In this document: positions 13,818 through 25,862 of the stretch, one piece after another
How the letters are laid out: each line of letters begins with the position of its first letter
Position numbering within the stretch: the first letter of the stretch is position 1
Source of the DNA: Tubulanus polymorphus
Taxonomy: Eukaryota; Animalia; Nemertea
DNA: 64,000 nucleotides
Direction of reading: 5' to 3'
Assembly (NCBI RefSeq): GCF_964204645.1
Contig: NC_134028.1
Coordinates: 24,238,345-24,302,344, forward strand
The notes under the pieces: model-generated
What the model saw: only the letters and a program-made list of their open reading frames with translations
What the model was told of the DNA's origin: nothing
The model's database searches: none
Program-made: the position numbers and the translations under genes

Positions 13818-15703
13818 TTTCCTCGTTATTTAAAGGTCGGCACCTAACTAATTAAGGTTTCACTTTTTACCCAAATTAAGCCAAAAACGTAGGGTCTGCG
13901 ACCTTGATTCGGTAGTAATGAAGCACGTATAACTAATATGCGGATTTTGGATTTATCATAATATGGATACTGGACTTGTTTGTGAACCATTCAGCGGCCC
14001 GCCGCCGGCGGTCAATCTGCTGCTACAGAACAGCCAGGACTCTTAGTGTCTTCAATATTTGATTCTGTTTTTTACATTTCAACACTTTTTTAATCATTTT
14101 TTTTCCTTTCCAAAATATCAAGTCAATGTGCCCCTCACGGTAGCCATAAATGTTTTGTTCAAATTTCGGGCCGGGCCCGGAATCTGACTGGACCGGCGTC
14201 AAAGCCCAGACCGACTATTTCCTACAGCCCAACAGCCCTCTCCAAGGATCATGGCAGCCCTGATCCCAAATGCATCCGACGGCACCCTATCGCTTCTCTT
14301 TTTCAAACACAGTGCCGCTGAGTTTTGTAAGCGGCGATTTCGGTCGCGCCCAACTTAATCGATTCGATAAGTGGTACCCGAACATTGAGATTCTGATAAA
14401 TCAGAGGCCGACCTATTTCGGGATCGTAATAAAACAATTGCTGCTACTAGCATATAATATTGTGACATACACATTTACGAGAGGGATCATTAATTCTGTT
14501 CCATATAATTGAGTGTATTCAGACCATATGACGCTCGAATGTGTTTACTGTGTACTAAGCTATATATATATTGATAAAAGGTAAGTGACGCATGTTTTTA
14601 GAATTGACGGTCTAGTCGCTGGCGTCATCAGTTACATCTGAATTCATGTCTTGTATTTTGTCGCAGCTACGAACTCTTCGTCAAGTAAAGGTCGTTTAAG
14701 ATTATCCATAATAATATGATAAGAGAAAATATTGGAATTCAAGTTTATTAAAATATTCTACAATAATCATACGCGGTATATGAGCTTATTGGGGAATCAC
14801 CGAGGCCTACAGATAATCACTAATAGATAAAATCGACAAACTCATAGAAAGAGTATTCTTGAGTCATATCTTATTTTCTAACCGATGATCAGCAAAACTA
14901 TATTTATTTTCCAAAACCGTCAGCACAAAATTGTGGACCTCAGTTGGATAGCGTCGATTCTTTGAAAAGTCAGTATATGTTATTGATACTTTCAAATTCA
15001 AATTAAAAAAGATTACTTCCTCGTTTAAAGAATTAACAATTGTTCCATTCAATATTTGTCGGAAATTGAAATTTCAGGATATTAAGTTTTACCAGTGTAA
15101 CGAGTACACTTCCCTGGTTTTATTAATGCTAAATCGTTTGGTTGCCCGGTTAACGCTGCGATTGATAGTTCAGTTACGTTCGCTTAATGGCTTTTTCCAG
15201 CAGCGAATGATTGAAATATGAAAATCTAAAACCTAAAACGTTAAAACACTCATTAAAGAATCGACGAGGGTTCGTATTCGTGGTATATCCTGCCGCCATA
15301 ATAGAAAAACGTCTCCCAGAATCAATGGAGCTATTATACGATAGCCATTTGAATCACGGATTTCATGTCTGTTTTGTAGGGGGATAGTTCCTCTTATTTA
15401 TTTGATAGGTAGATTTGATATTGTTTGATTTGATTTGGCGGTGTCCTTACCGGGAACGAAACAGAGGGTTTGCGTACGCACACGTAGCAATAATATTCAC
15501 TTTAACCCCTATCATTGTGTGTAATTGATGACATTTATTACAACGATATCAGACAGTTATGTGGTTAAAAGCTTGATGAGTCAGCCAGTAAATTTTCCGA
15601 TGTTTGTGAATGAACGATACTTATTGTGATATATTCCTATCCTCAACTCCCCGGTGACAATCTGATAAATCATCAGAAACTCGAATTTCTCTATATGTTA
15701 CAG

Positions 15704-18700
15704 ATGAAGCCGAAACCGCAATCCGTACTACTACACCCAGATCCCGGCAACGTCTCGGCATTCGAATTGGTAAGCAATTCCGTCGATCTGAAGTCCACTA
15801 ATTAACAAATAGCTCTACTTAGATACGCAGAATGAAGAATCTTCAGGCAGTTCTGCTTGGCGTAATTTCGCTATACGCGCGCGTTGCATGCATATACTCC
15901 CGATCAATTCGTCGTTGTTGTCACCACCACCACCAAGTTTGATATTGTACAAACACGTACTACTTCAAGCAGCAGCTGTCTGCAGTAGAATTCATATCGA
16001 TACGTGCTGCGTGCAGACTTATAATACTGTAATATTTCAAACGTTGAACTACTTGGTAATTATGGGAAGCAAAGAGGTAAATTTTCGTAGTTATTATATG
16101 TCTATATTGTACAGTATAATCCATATCGAATGAGCAGAAATGAAATGGTATAAATAGAGCCAAATTAGGATATTTGATTATCAGTACATGTATACATTTA
16201 TCATTTCACTTGTTCATGTTCAATATACTCAGTACTCGATCTTGTTGTTCTGTTGTAAAGATGGGAATGAACTATATCATGTAAACAGACCATTTTACTA
16301 TCTGCGATATGAAAATACGTACTTGTCGTTGCTTACATCTGAAGTGTTGCAGCGTTCTTTGTTCTAATTGAAATTTTCTGAATTTATATTTAGAATTCAT
16401 ATTATGCCACCTCATCAATATCATACACACATAGATAGTTTTGTCAAATAATCGCGTTTTATTTCGTATCAGTTCATTGCTTGTCGATATCTTTGGTTAT
16501 TGCCGTTAGTGATTTCAGCGTATTTTCATTGCTTCGTTGGCAATTCGACATCTGTGTCTATTTTTCACATCTGTCATTTCGGGCATTTTTTACTAACAAC
16601 TTACTTGAATGAGCGAGCGTAGTTTCTGTCCATTGTAATCCTCGCTAATGGTTATATATTTTGACGATATGCAGAGATTTGTTGATAAATAAAAATGATG
16701 TATGACATTCTAAAATTGAATCTAAAGTAATAATCAGTCATTACTTTTGAAATGCGTGTTTAATAATGGAAATATTGCACCCATTCCACTTCTTAAGACG
16801 AGCGGGACTAACTATAAGGTAACTAACCCAATAGCCAGTTTCTGAAAGGAATGGTATTTTCTCGTTCTCTAATATAGGATGAAATAGGTTCCAGAGTGCC
16901 GATCGAACTGCAAGATGGCCAGCTCAAAGGGATATTCTTTGAAGATGCGACTACGATCTATGAAGCATTTGAGCGCGGTTTGAGAGAATCAGGTACATGT
17001 TTTCCTCTTACGTATAAGAGGTCGAGGATCAGATGTTAGCGAGCATGTTTATGTCATTCAATAATTTTTGAAAAACGAAATGTAGAAACAGCTGTTTCCC
17101 CGAAACGGGCATCGTTTTCATTCATGAAACTTTATTCTAAAATCTACAAAAAACTATAATCTGTTCAAATATTGGTTTTTATCATTCACTTGGAAATCGT
17201 CTGTTCAAATATTGTTGATTAATTGATCGGTTTTGAAACTGAATTTCATAGGGTTGCACATTTTCATTTATCATTCCGATTCTAACTAATGCATGATTTT
17301 ACATTAGAAATTTTGTGTGGAAGCCAGTTCCTCATTTTTAAACATTTCCTGAATAATATTATCCATCTAAAATGTTAAGATGTAACACCGCTCCAGATGC
17401 ACATATCCAAAAATTTCCGTTGAATATTTTTAGGTAATGGGCCTTGTCTGGGCGTACGTAAAGATGGCAAAGGCCCCTACGAGTGGATAAACTACCAGGA
17501 GGTGAAAACTGCTGCACAACACTTCGGTTCAGGTCTACTCAAAGATTGGCATCTTGTCGGTCAAGGCACCAATATAGGCATATACAGTAAAAATAGACCA
17601 GAAGTAAGTAATTCGTTGATATGGAATGTATTTAATCACTATTTCAAGATTTCTATTATAATATTCACTAATTCTGTCAATCTGTGGTATTGTTTTACTT
17701 TGAACTATGTGGATCTTCGTCAGTTTGGTGGCGCCGCATCTGTTTGAAAACTGTGTCGCATTTCGTCGATAATTTAACATCTTTCGGTTTTTCTCGGCGC
17801 TTGTCGTCGATCGTTTTTCGTGGCGATTCTCGTTGTTTTGGACTTTTCGCTGCTGCTGCTATTCGTAAGATTTCTAACGCTCGGTCGTCTCGGGATTTCC
17901 ACTGCGACAGATAAGCAGGCGTGTAATGGCGTTTTGTTTTCGGATTCTGGTATGGTCGGCGACCATTCGCTCGTTCCGGAATGGCTGACCTCGGTGATTT
18001 CTTCGCTGCAATTCTATCGGCGAGGTTGACGACTTTCACGGCCGAGTCACTTGAAACATCGCGTGTTTTAGTTATACGATCTTTCGTCGGTTTCAACTTT
18101 TTATCGTCGGATTTATCGTCGTCTATATCTCGTAACAGTGCATCGATGTCGGCCAGAATATCTTCGAATGATTCTTCTTTTTTCGCCTCATTGACTGGAG
18201 AGGAGATCTCTGGAATCTTCTTCGCGCCAATTTCGATCTGAAAAAATGTATTCATAGTAATAAACAAATTCTAGCGCAGGGATTTGATTTCGGTATAAAT
18301 GTTTTTGCATATGCTACACATTACCTGGCTTGTCTCCAATGAGTTTGCATACGTTTTCAAATCGGCATTCGTTTGCCCAATTGGGACAACTATAGAATAT
18401 GAAATAAATGAAAACGCATGTAACACAATGATTTGATCGGATTGATATCGTGTAGAATCATAAAAATCATATATACCTTTATTCATTCGACAGATTCCAA
18501 GTTTCGGAAAACAGGACAACAAACTCGAATGTGCGCCCATCTTGTTCGTTGAAAGCAAATAAAGTATTTTGCTTATTTCAAATTCACAAAATTGTGATCG
18601 TTGCTTGATAACTATGTAATTAAGTAAATTGTGGTAGTATTTTTGTAGTGACTTCGTCCGCAATGGCTGCATCAAAGTTACTGGATACCGTTGCTATGGT

Positions 18701-21700
18701 GTATCGTAGGCTACGAGAATGCCACGTCACAGTTTCAGCGGTTGTTAAGGGACGATTGACTTCTTTCCAACATTGGGCTACCCTAACAATTTAACATATT
18801 ATTATAGGTTATTAGTAATGTTTAATAGAGTACAAATATAACCATTGATGAAACACTATGTCCGTGTTGGGACGATATAAAGTAAAGAGCCCGAGAAGTT
18901 TCCTTTGAGCTTAAGATTTGTTTCGACTTTAACCTAATACTCCAGAAGATGATGTGCCATAGTCGACCAAAACCCACAATAAAAAGAAATTTTTTTTCTT
19001 TTTCTTTTTATTGTGGGTTTTTGTCGACTATTGATATTGGACAGCCACTTGTCTATGGAAACCAAAATGATGTTCAATGTTATAGTCGAATCAATAAACT
19101 ATTTGCTTAAAGCATTGAACTCTTGCTTAAAGGAAACTTTTCGGACTTCATCTTCCTCGTCTCATTAGTGTGGGATTCTCTGAGTAAAATATGTCTAATT
19201 TCAGTGGTTTTTTGTGGATCTCGCCTGTCACATGTTTTCTATGGTTATCGTGCCGCTGTACTCCTCTCTGGGCGCCGAAGCGAGCGCTTATATGATAAGA
19301 GAAAGTAAGTACGGATAAATAGAACGTTGACGAAAATGAAAATGACTAAAAAGATACGTCGTATGGATAATAATTCGGAAATATTGTTTCCATTTCAGCT
19401 TTTTTGGAGACGATCATTGTCGAAGATGAGAAGAAAGCCCGGGATATTTTATCGGTGTCGGAGAAAGTCGAAAACGTCAAGCGGCTGATTTTGATCGATG
19501 ATTTTAGCGAAGCTCTGGTGAAATTAGCGGAAAGCAAAGAAATCGAAATATACACGTTTCAATCTATCATCGTAAGTTCTGTAATAGAATGTTTATATCC
19601 CCCCCCCCCCCACGAACGTCTTACTATTAGTAATATATAATTGAGTAAAAATATAACCATTGATGAAACGCTATTTCCGCCGTGTTGTGACGATATAAAG
19701 AGTTCGAAACGTTTCCTTAAAGCTTATGATTTACGTACGTATAACTATATTACGAATACTTTTCTGGAAACCATTTCAGGAATTAGGGAAAGACAACTTG
19801 ATAGCTCCACAGGTAATATTCCTAGTAGTTAGAAAGTAACCGATTGATTTGTGGAATATTTACTTAGCGGATTTATATATCGTGGCTAAATTTTTCAGCC
19901 ACCATCGCCGAGTTACATATTTTCGATATCTTACACTAGTGGATCAACGGGTGAGAGAGAACTGTATATTGAAATAAATACCTTATGAATCCCTCTAAAA
20001 TACAAAAAAAGCATTAAACATTCAAACAGAAATTTACGTTTTGGTATCTAGACTCCAAGAGCAGGTTCCATAGTTGAGTTGAAATCTGACCCCCCGAGAT
20101 AAAACATTGGAAATAAACTAATTTCAACTCAGAGTTGACTAAAATTATTAGATTGGTACCTGCATCTTTAAGCGGGTGAAATGATACTGCACTTTCACAG
20201 TTCTAGATCGGAAATTATATTATAATTCATCTTGCAGGTGAACCGAAAGGAGTCTTGTTAACACACGAGTACATATTAACACTAATGGGTGGATTTTACC
20301 GCCGCCTCAATGTAAGAATTATCGCATTATCGAAATAATGAAAATCATTGTGAATTTCTAAATGTACATGAATGTAAAAAAAAAACATTGCTATTCGTGT
20401 AGGAAGATCCGAACATCGCGCTCAATAAAGACTGTGTTATGATATCCTATCTCCCGATGGCTCATGTTTACGAACGCTTCAATATGGTCAGTCGAGCAAT
20501 AATTCAGAGTTTGATACTTTCCCATTTTACGTTAGATTATTGCCTTGGATAAACTATTATATATTTGATCAGATAAACGTAATACAATGCGGAGGAAGGA
20601 TTGGATTTTATAGCGGAGATCCCCGAACACTCATGGACGATATACGAACTCTAAAACCGACATATTTCCCGACTGTACCACGTGTTCTATCACGTATATA
20701 TGACGAGGTATGTACGCAATTCATCTGACAATATTTCATGAGTTGACTGCAGTGAACTGATGTAAATCTCAGTGTAGAGTTAACGAATAAAACCCACAGT
20801 TTGTTCCTCTGATGATGAGGTTTAGTTTGAACCTCGAAACTGTGAGGCAATAAACTGTTTTTACAGAAGTAACTGTGGGTTTTATTCGTTATTTCAAGAG
20901 TTTCTTTTCCTAATGAACGAAGCATTGATCGCGTTTGTTAATCATTGTAGATTTGGAAGTCGGTGAACCAAGACCTTTTCAAAAAGTCGCTATTCAAATG
21001 GGGTCTACTCGTCAAAATGAAACATCTTAAAACGTAAAGTATAACAATGTTACATGTTTTAATCATCGATTCGATGGATGACCTCTGATGTGAAGAAAAT
21101 TATGAAGAAAAAACTACGATACTATTTGAAGTTTCAACTCTTAATTTGTCAATCGCTTATAATTGAGTCGAAACTTTGAAGTACTCTCGTAGTTTTGTCC
21201 TCATATTGTCGTTTTTTCCCCAATTGAATTAGACAGTTACTTATGTCCACCGAAATCATCTCTGAGTCGCTTCTTTATTCCAGAGGGAAAATGACGTTCA
21301 ACACATTTTACGACCGAATCATATTCAGCAAATGTCGTCAACTGTTGGGAGGAAATGTAAAACTGATGACGAGTTCGTCTGCTCCGATACAGGCGCAGAT
21401 TATCGACTTCGCTCGATGTGTTTTTGGGTGTAGGGTAAGGATACTGTCAGTCAAATTGATATCCGAGTAGAATTTTTAAAATTGTATCCATCACGATTAT
21501 AGATTATATAGGTTTTACTCGATATCTGGTAAACAGGTCGGTTGATTATTTTAGGTGATAGAGGGCTATGGACAAACTGAATTTCTAATCGCTACGATGG
21601 GTCATCCAGACGAATGCGAAGCTGGGCATGTTGGTCCTCCAACCGATGTATGCATGATTAAACTTGTTGATGTTCCCGATATGAATTATCTATCAATTCA

Positions 21701-24700
21701 TGGCAAAGGCGAGGTATACTAGAAAAATCATTAACTCTAAAATCTCGCTTATCTAAGGCAGGTTTTGATTTAGCGTATTCCGGCCGCTTCTATCAGGTTT
21801 ATATATTATGCCATTACGGAATATGTAGAAGGTATTCTGGTCGAAAAGAAAGCGCCAGAAGAGAATTCCAGAATCCCGGTAGAGACTAATCGAAACCTGC
21901 TGCCTATATGATGTAGAAATGAAAATAAAACGATTTCTGTTTGATTCAGATTTGCCTAAAATGTAATGTGCAATTTCCGGGTTACTATAAAAAACCAGAA
22001 GCTACTGCTGAGATTGTAGACGACGGTGGCTGGCTCCACACGGGAGATATTGGACAATGGCAATTGGTAAGACCCCAAAATCATATCGGCTGTTATTCGA
22101 AACATAACTAAATGATATGAAAGACAAAATAAACAATTGCTTCAGTTTAAATGGAATAGATTTATTATTCATATTTAGAAAAATAAACGTAATTGCTATG
22201 TACAAAACATGCGTGTGATGCAACAGTAATAAATTTTACACATATTTTGTTTCCATCGCGTTTCGCTGTGTGGTTTTTATTTCATAAACTAGAAATTGTC
22301 TAATGATTCGAAACTGATCGTGATTATTTTCAGAATGGATGTCTCCGAATAATAGATCGTAGGAAAAACATCTTCAAATTAGCACAGGTAAGCGCTCGCG
22401 AAGAAAATGAGCAGTATTTGACCCTCTTTATGAGTGTCAATAGAATAGATACATATTAATTATTTTTTGCGTTAATATTCGTGACCCAATACCACATATC
22501 AAATACAAGTTAAGATAAAAAAACATGTGTCACAATGATATTCCATAAACCATTTCAGACATATTCGCGCATAGCCATACTACATTCTACATGATAATAG
22601 ATATATGTATTAAAACTGATAGAAACGGTGTATTTAAACTCAGGCAGATGTTACACTTCATTAAACATTGAAATATAGAAAGCGATATACAATAAAATGG
22701 ACTTGAAATATAAATTTTTCGGGTCCATTAACAGGAAGGAACCGATATTTTCTCTAGATGTTGTAGATGCGTATTTTATGTTTGTTTTTTAGTTCTGTTT
22801 TCTTATACAGTGATGATAAATACGATATTCCAACTAAAATTCCTTCTACGTCTAAACACATCGTGTACAGCTGAACATCAGACCTCAGAAAACAAAAAAG
22901 TCACGGAATTTCTAAACTTAGTCGTCTGAGCTCATCGGTACTCGCTTATCGGAAACACGGGAAACATCGACAGCAATCACCCAATGGGCTTTCTCTAGCT
23001 CTAGTGCCCAATCTCTTCAAAATCGGAACTGAAAACAAAAAGTTAATTCTACAGTGTTCTCGTGTCATTTGAATTAATCACGAAAGTAGACATCTATTAT
23101 GATAACAATTTTCAAATGAGTATTTAAAGGTTTCTTACCATTTGACTGTTTTACAGAACCATTGACAACTGGCTGCGAACTGTCGGGACCATTTGCCAAT
23201 GTCTCATAATTAGCATCGGCTTCCGCTTTAGGATCGGCTTCCGGATTAGGATCGGGTTCCGGTGGTGGACTGGAGTAACCTGAATCAACCGAATTATAAT
23301 GAGTTAATTATTTGAAATATATCTCATAATCGCTTTTGCTAGTCGTGATAATGAATAATGATATGTAAAAATATGCAAGGTCGCCAAAAAAAATATCTAG
23401 ATAGTTGGTGAACCTGCCCCGAACTGCTGCCTACCTGTCCTAGTAATTCGAGTGGTAGTGCGACGTTGTTCTGTCCTGCCAGCACCGGTCGTTACCGACT
23501 TCACTGTCGTCTTGACCGTTTCGCGAGTCGTACCACCCTCGCTTACCAGTGTCGCCACGGTATCCTTTTCTTCAACGACTGCTCCCGTGACTGGATCAAC
23601 CGATTCGCTGACCGTACTTTTGACTTGTTCTTCCCTGAGAGCCAGATCGGCCTCGGGCAGTGTACTTTCTGCCATTCCTGACGATTTTGCAGTTGGTTGC
23701 CAATAAAATGCTCAAAATAAACTCGCTATAGCAACGACAGTGAATTTTCCACTGTTTTACAGCAGAAAATCTTCCACGATCCCAGATTTATGCAGAACAA
23801 CTTCATAAAATGTAACGACCCTGGGGGTGTTACAATCCAGCTCAATTCGACAGATCGAAAGTGCCTCGATACATCATATCATCATATACATATCACATTA
23901 CTACTATGTTATTCAAACATATTCATGTTTCATCAAATGGATTCCATTACTTATGCAAAATATTAATACTATAACATTGCAGAACACTACCGCCACATTC
24001 AGTCCTACCGAGCATTTGTGGCGGATGCAGTGATCGCTTTTTTTTGTAAAAAAAAAACCACATTTTCTTCTCGCTCTTTTCAGGGAGAATACGTTGCTCC
24101 AGAAAGAATTGAAACTATTTACTCTCGAAGTGAATTTGTAATGCAAGTTTTTGTAGACGGTAGCAGTTTGAAGGTATCTATCCAGTTGTACATGTTACAA
24201 TAGACTTCGTTCAACTCGGATCCGTTCAACTCGGATGTTTTTACCTTATATTTTTTTTGACACAATGAAATACATAATATTTAACTCAGATATTACTCAA
24301 GTCGGACATATCTTTACGGTCCCAAAAGATCCAACTTGTGGAAAGTCTACTGTATGTAGAACATCCCTGCTAACCCCTTATTTTGTCGCATGAACAACTA
24401 CATGTTTCTATTACGATCGTTTTTTGTCTATGTAGAGGTGGCCAGTGGCTATTATTGTACCAGATGAGTTGCCTTTAATGAAATGGGCGCACGAAAACCG
24501 CATCGAAGGAAACCTCGCCAGGTTATGTCATTCAAAGGTCAGACATCCGTAATGAAACAGAAATGAAATGTTTTTAAAATTCGGTTATGTTTAATAATCT
24601 TGACGAAACACTCTTGAGTCCTCAAGATGATACGAAAAATGAAAAATGAGAATCCCTATTAGAATATAGTCGAAACGTTAAAATAAACTCTCGAGCAAAC

Positions 24701-25251
24701 GTTTCATACACACTTCTCTTTTTGTATTGATGGTTTTTACCGTATTATGATAACTTTATTGAAAATGTTCTCTTATTTTATAGAAGGTAATCAGTGCCAT
24801 CATCAACGATCTCCATCTTCTTGGCAGAGAGGCTGGTCTAGCTGGATTTGAACAGGTAAAAGGCCCCGCCGAGCATGACCGGTTACTCGTGACGTCATAC
24901 CGGGCGGGGTGAATTGTGGGAAGTGTAGAAATGTTCATTGTGTGAATACTACGTATTTTTCATTACGTTCAAAATATGTTTTAGAATTATTGGTGCATAT
25001 ATACATGCTTACCGCAACCCAAAGCGATACTGAAATACCGGCCTCTCATCCATGTATTCATAACTGAATGTCAAACTGAATTCTGAAGCTCGACTCCTTA
25101 CTCTCCACAGGTGAAGAACATAAAGGTGCATACAGTGCCGTTCACGACTGAAGCTGGTCTTCTCACCGCAACGCTCAAACTCAAACGGCCCGCATTAAGG
25201 AAACTTTTCGCCAATGACATCAAGAAACTTTACGAGGAACTCGAAGAATAA
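15704..25251 (+). CDS. ACSL: Long-chain fatty acyl-CoA synthetase (ACSL1/5/6-type), 19 coding exons, about 656 aa
   Basis: Phase-consistent GT-AG exons: 15704-15769, 16878-16992, 17434-17603, 19205-19304, 19399-19571, 19780-19812, 19899-19950, 20238-20311, 20403-20486, 20573-20707, 20951-21033, 21284-21434, 21555-21713, 21950-22066, 22334-22387, 24084-24173, 24436-24537, 24784-24855, 25111-25251. Motifs: YTSGSTGEPKGV, SYLPMAHVYE, EGYGQTE, GWLHTGDIG, IIDRRKNIFKLAQGEYVAPERIE, LLTATLKLKR. The start exon is the least certain. Confidence 0.92.
17695..18540 (-). CDS. Nested antisense gene 1 in ACSL intron 3; uncharacterised charged protein, 223 aa
   Basis: Exons 18540-18477, 18389-18325, 18237-17695 with GT-AG sites and matching phases. 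The last exon is a 543-nt open frame. Begins MGAHSSLLSCFPKLGIC. Confidence 0.65.
20781..20891 (+). other. Degenerate minimal hammerhead-like motif inside a 21-bp inverted repeat (possible Penelope-like remnant)
   Basis: CTGATGA-T-GAGGTT/AACCTC stem-GAAAC at 20809-20840, followed by AATAAA. Flanked by TAACGAATAAAACCCACAGTT and its exact reverse complement. Confidence 0.5.
22946..23675 (-). CDS. Nested antisense gene 2 in ACSL intron 15; Thr/Val/Pro-rich protein with C-terminal Cys cluster, 154 aa
   Basis: Exons 23675-23435, 23279-23139, 23028-22946, all GT-AG and phase 1, with an open frame throughout. Ends RARESPLGDCCRCFPCFR*. Confidence 0.75.
24198..24352. mobile_element. TA-flanked MITE (Tc1/mariner-pogo-like ends)
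   Basis: TA|CAATAGACTT...AAGTCTACTG|TA. The internal ACTCAAGTCGGA motif is shared with 43414-43584. Confidence 0.6.
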
Positions 25252-25675
25252 CGATAAGCCCAATAGCGGGCTTCATGTTTGCGCCGCCTTCGCGATCATT
25301 ATGCAATTAACTATTTTCATAACGAGTCTTTCTTTACCTTTAATCAAGTAAGACGGATAATAATTGATAATTTCAACCTATCGAATTTACTGTGACGTTT
25401 ATATATCTCTCTGATTGTCACTAAACTGTGTAAATATGAAAGAAATGATTTTTGTGTGTCGGGGCTGATTTTTGGATGAACGCAGCATTATACATGCATA
25501 CATACATACATATATACATACATAAATACATATTGTGAAATAAATAAACTTGATAGAAAAAAATTCTTCGCGTTTTCTTCATTACTTCTTCATTACTTCA
25601 TATGGGCCAATAAAATGTGCTTTTTTATTTGTAGTTGTACACTTCGACGTGCAGAATTGATTATCATAAACTTTA

Positions 25676-25862
25676 AAACCCACTACGTATATATAAATTC
25701 AAAAGATTTGAAATGAATTTATTGCTCAAGATTTAAAAAAATGACACGATGTTTTTAGACCGTATTGTCAAGTGCGAGAGTCCAAAACATCGTGTCATTT
25801 GTTTTTAACTTTCGAGCAATAAATTTCATTTTTAAGCCTTTTAAATTCATAGTGAGTTTCTA
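25676..25862. repeat. Imperfect foldback, about 80-bp arms (likely MITE)
   Basis: AATTTATTGCTC...AAATGACACGATGTTTT pairs with AAAACATCGTGTCATTT...GAGCAATAAATT. Confidence 0.7.
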
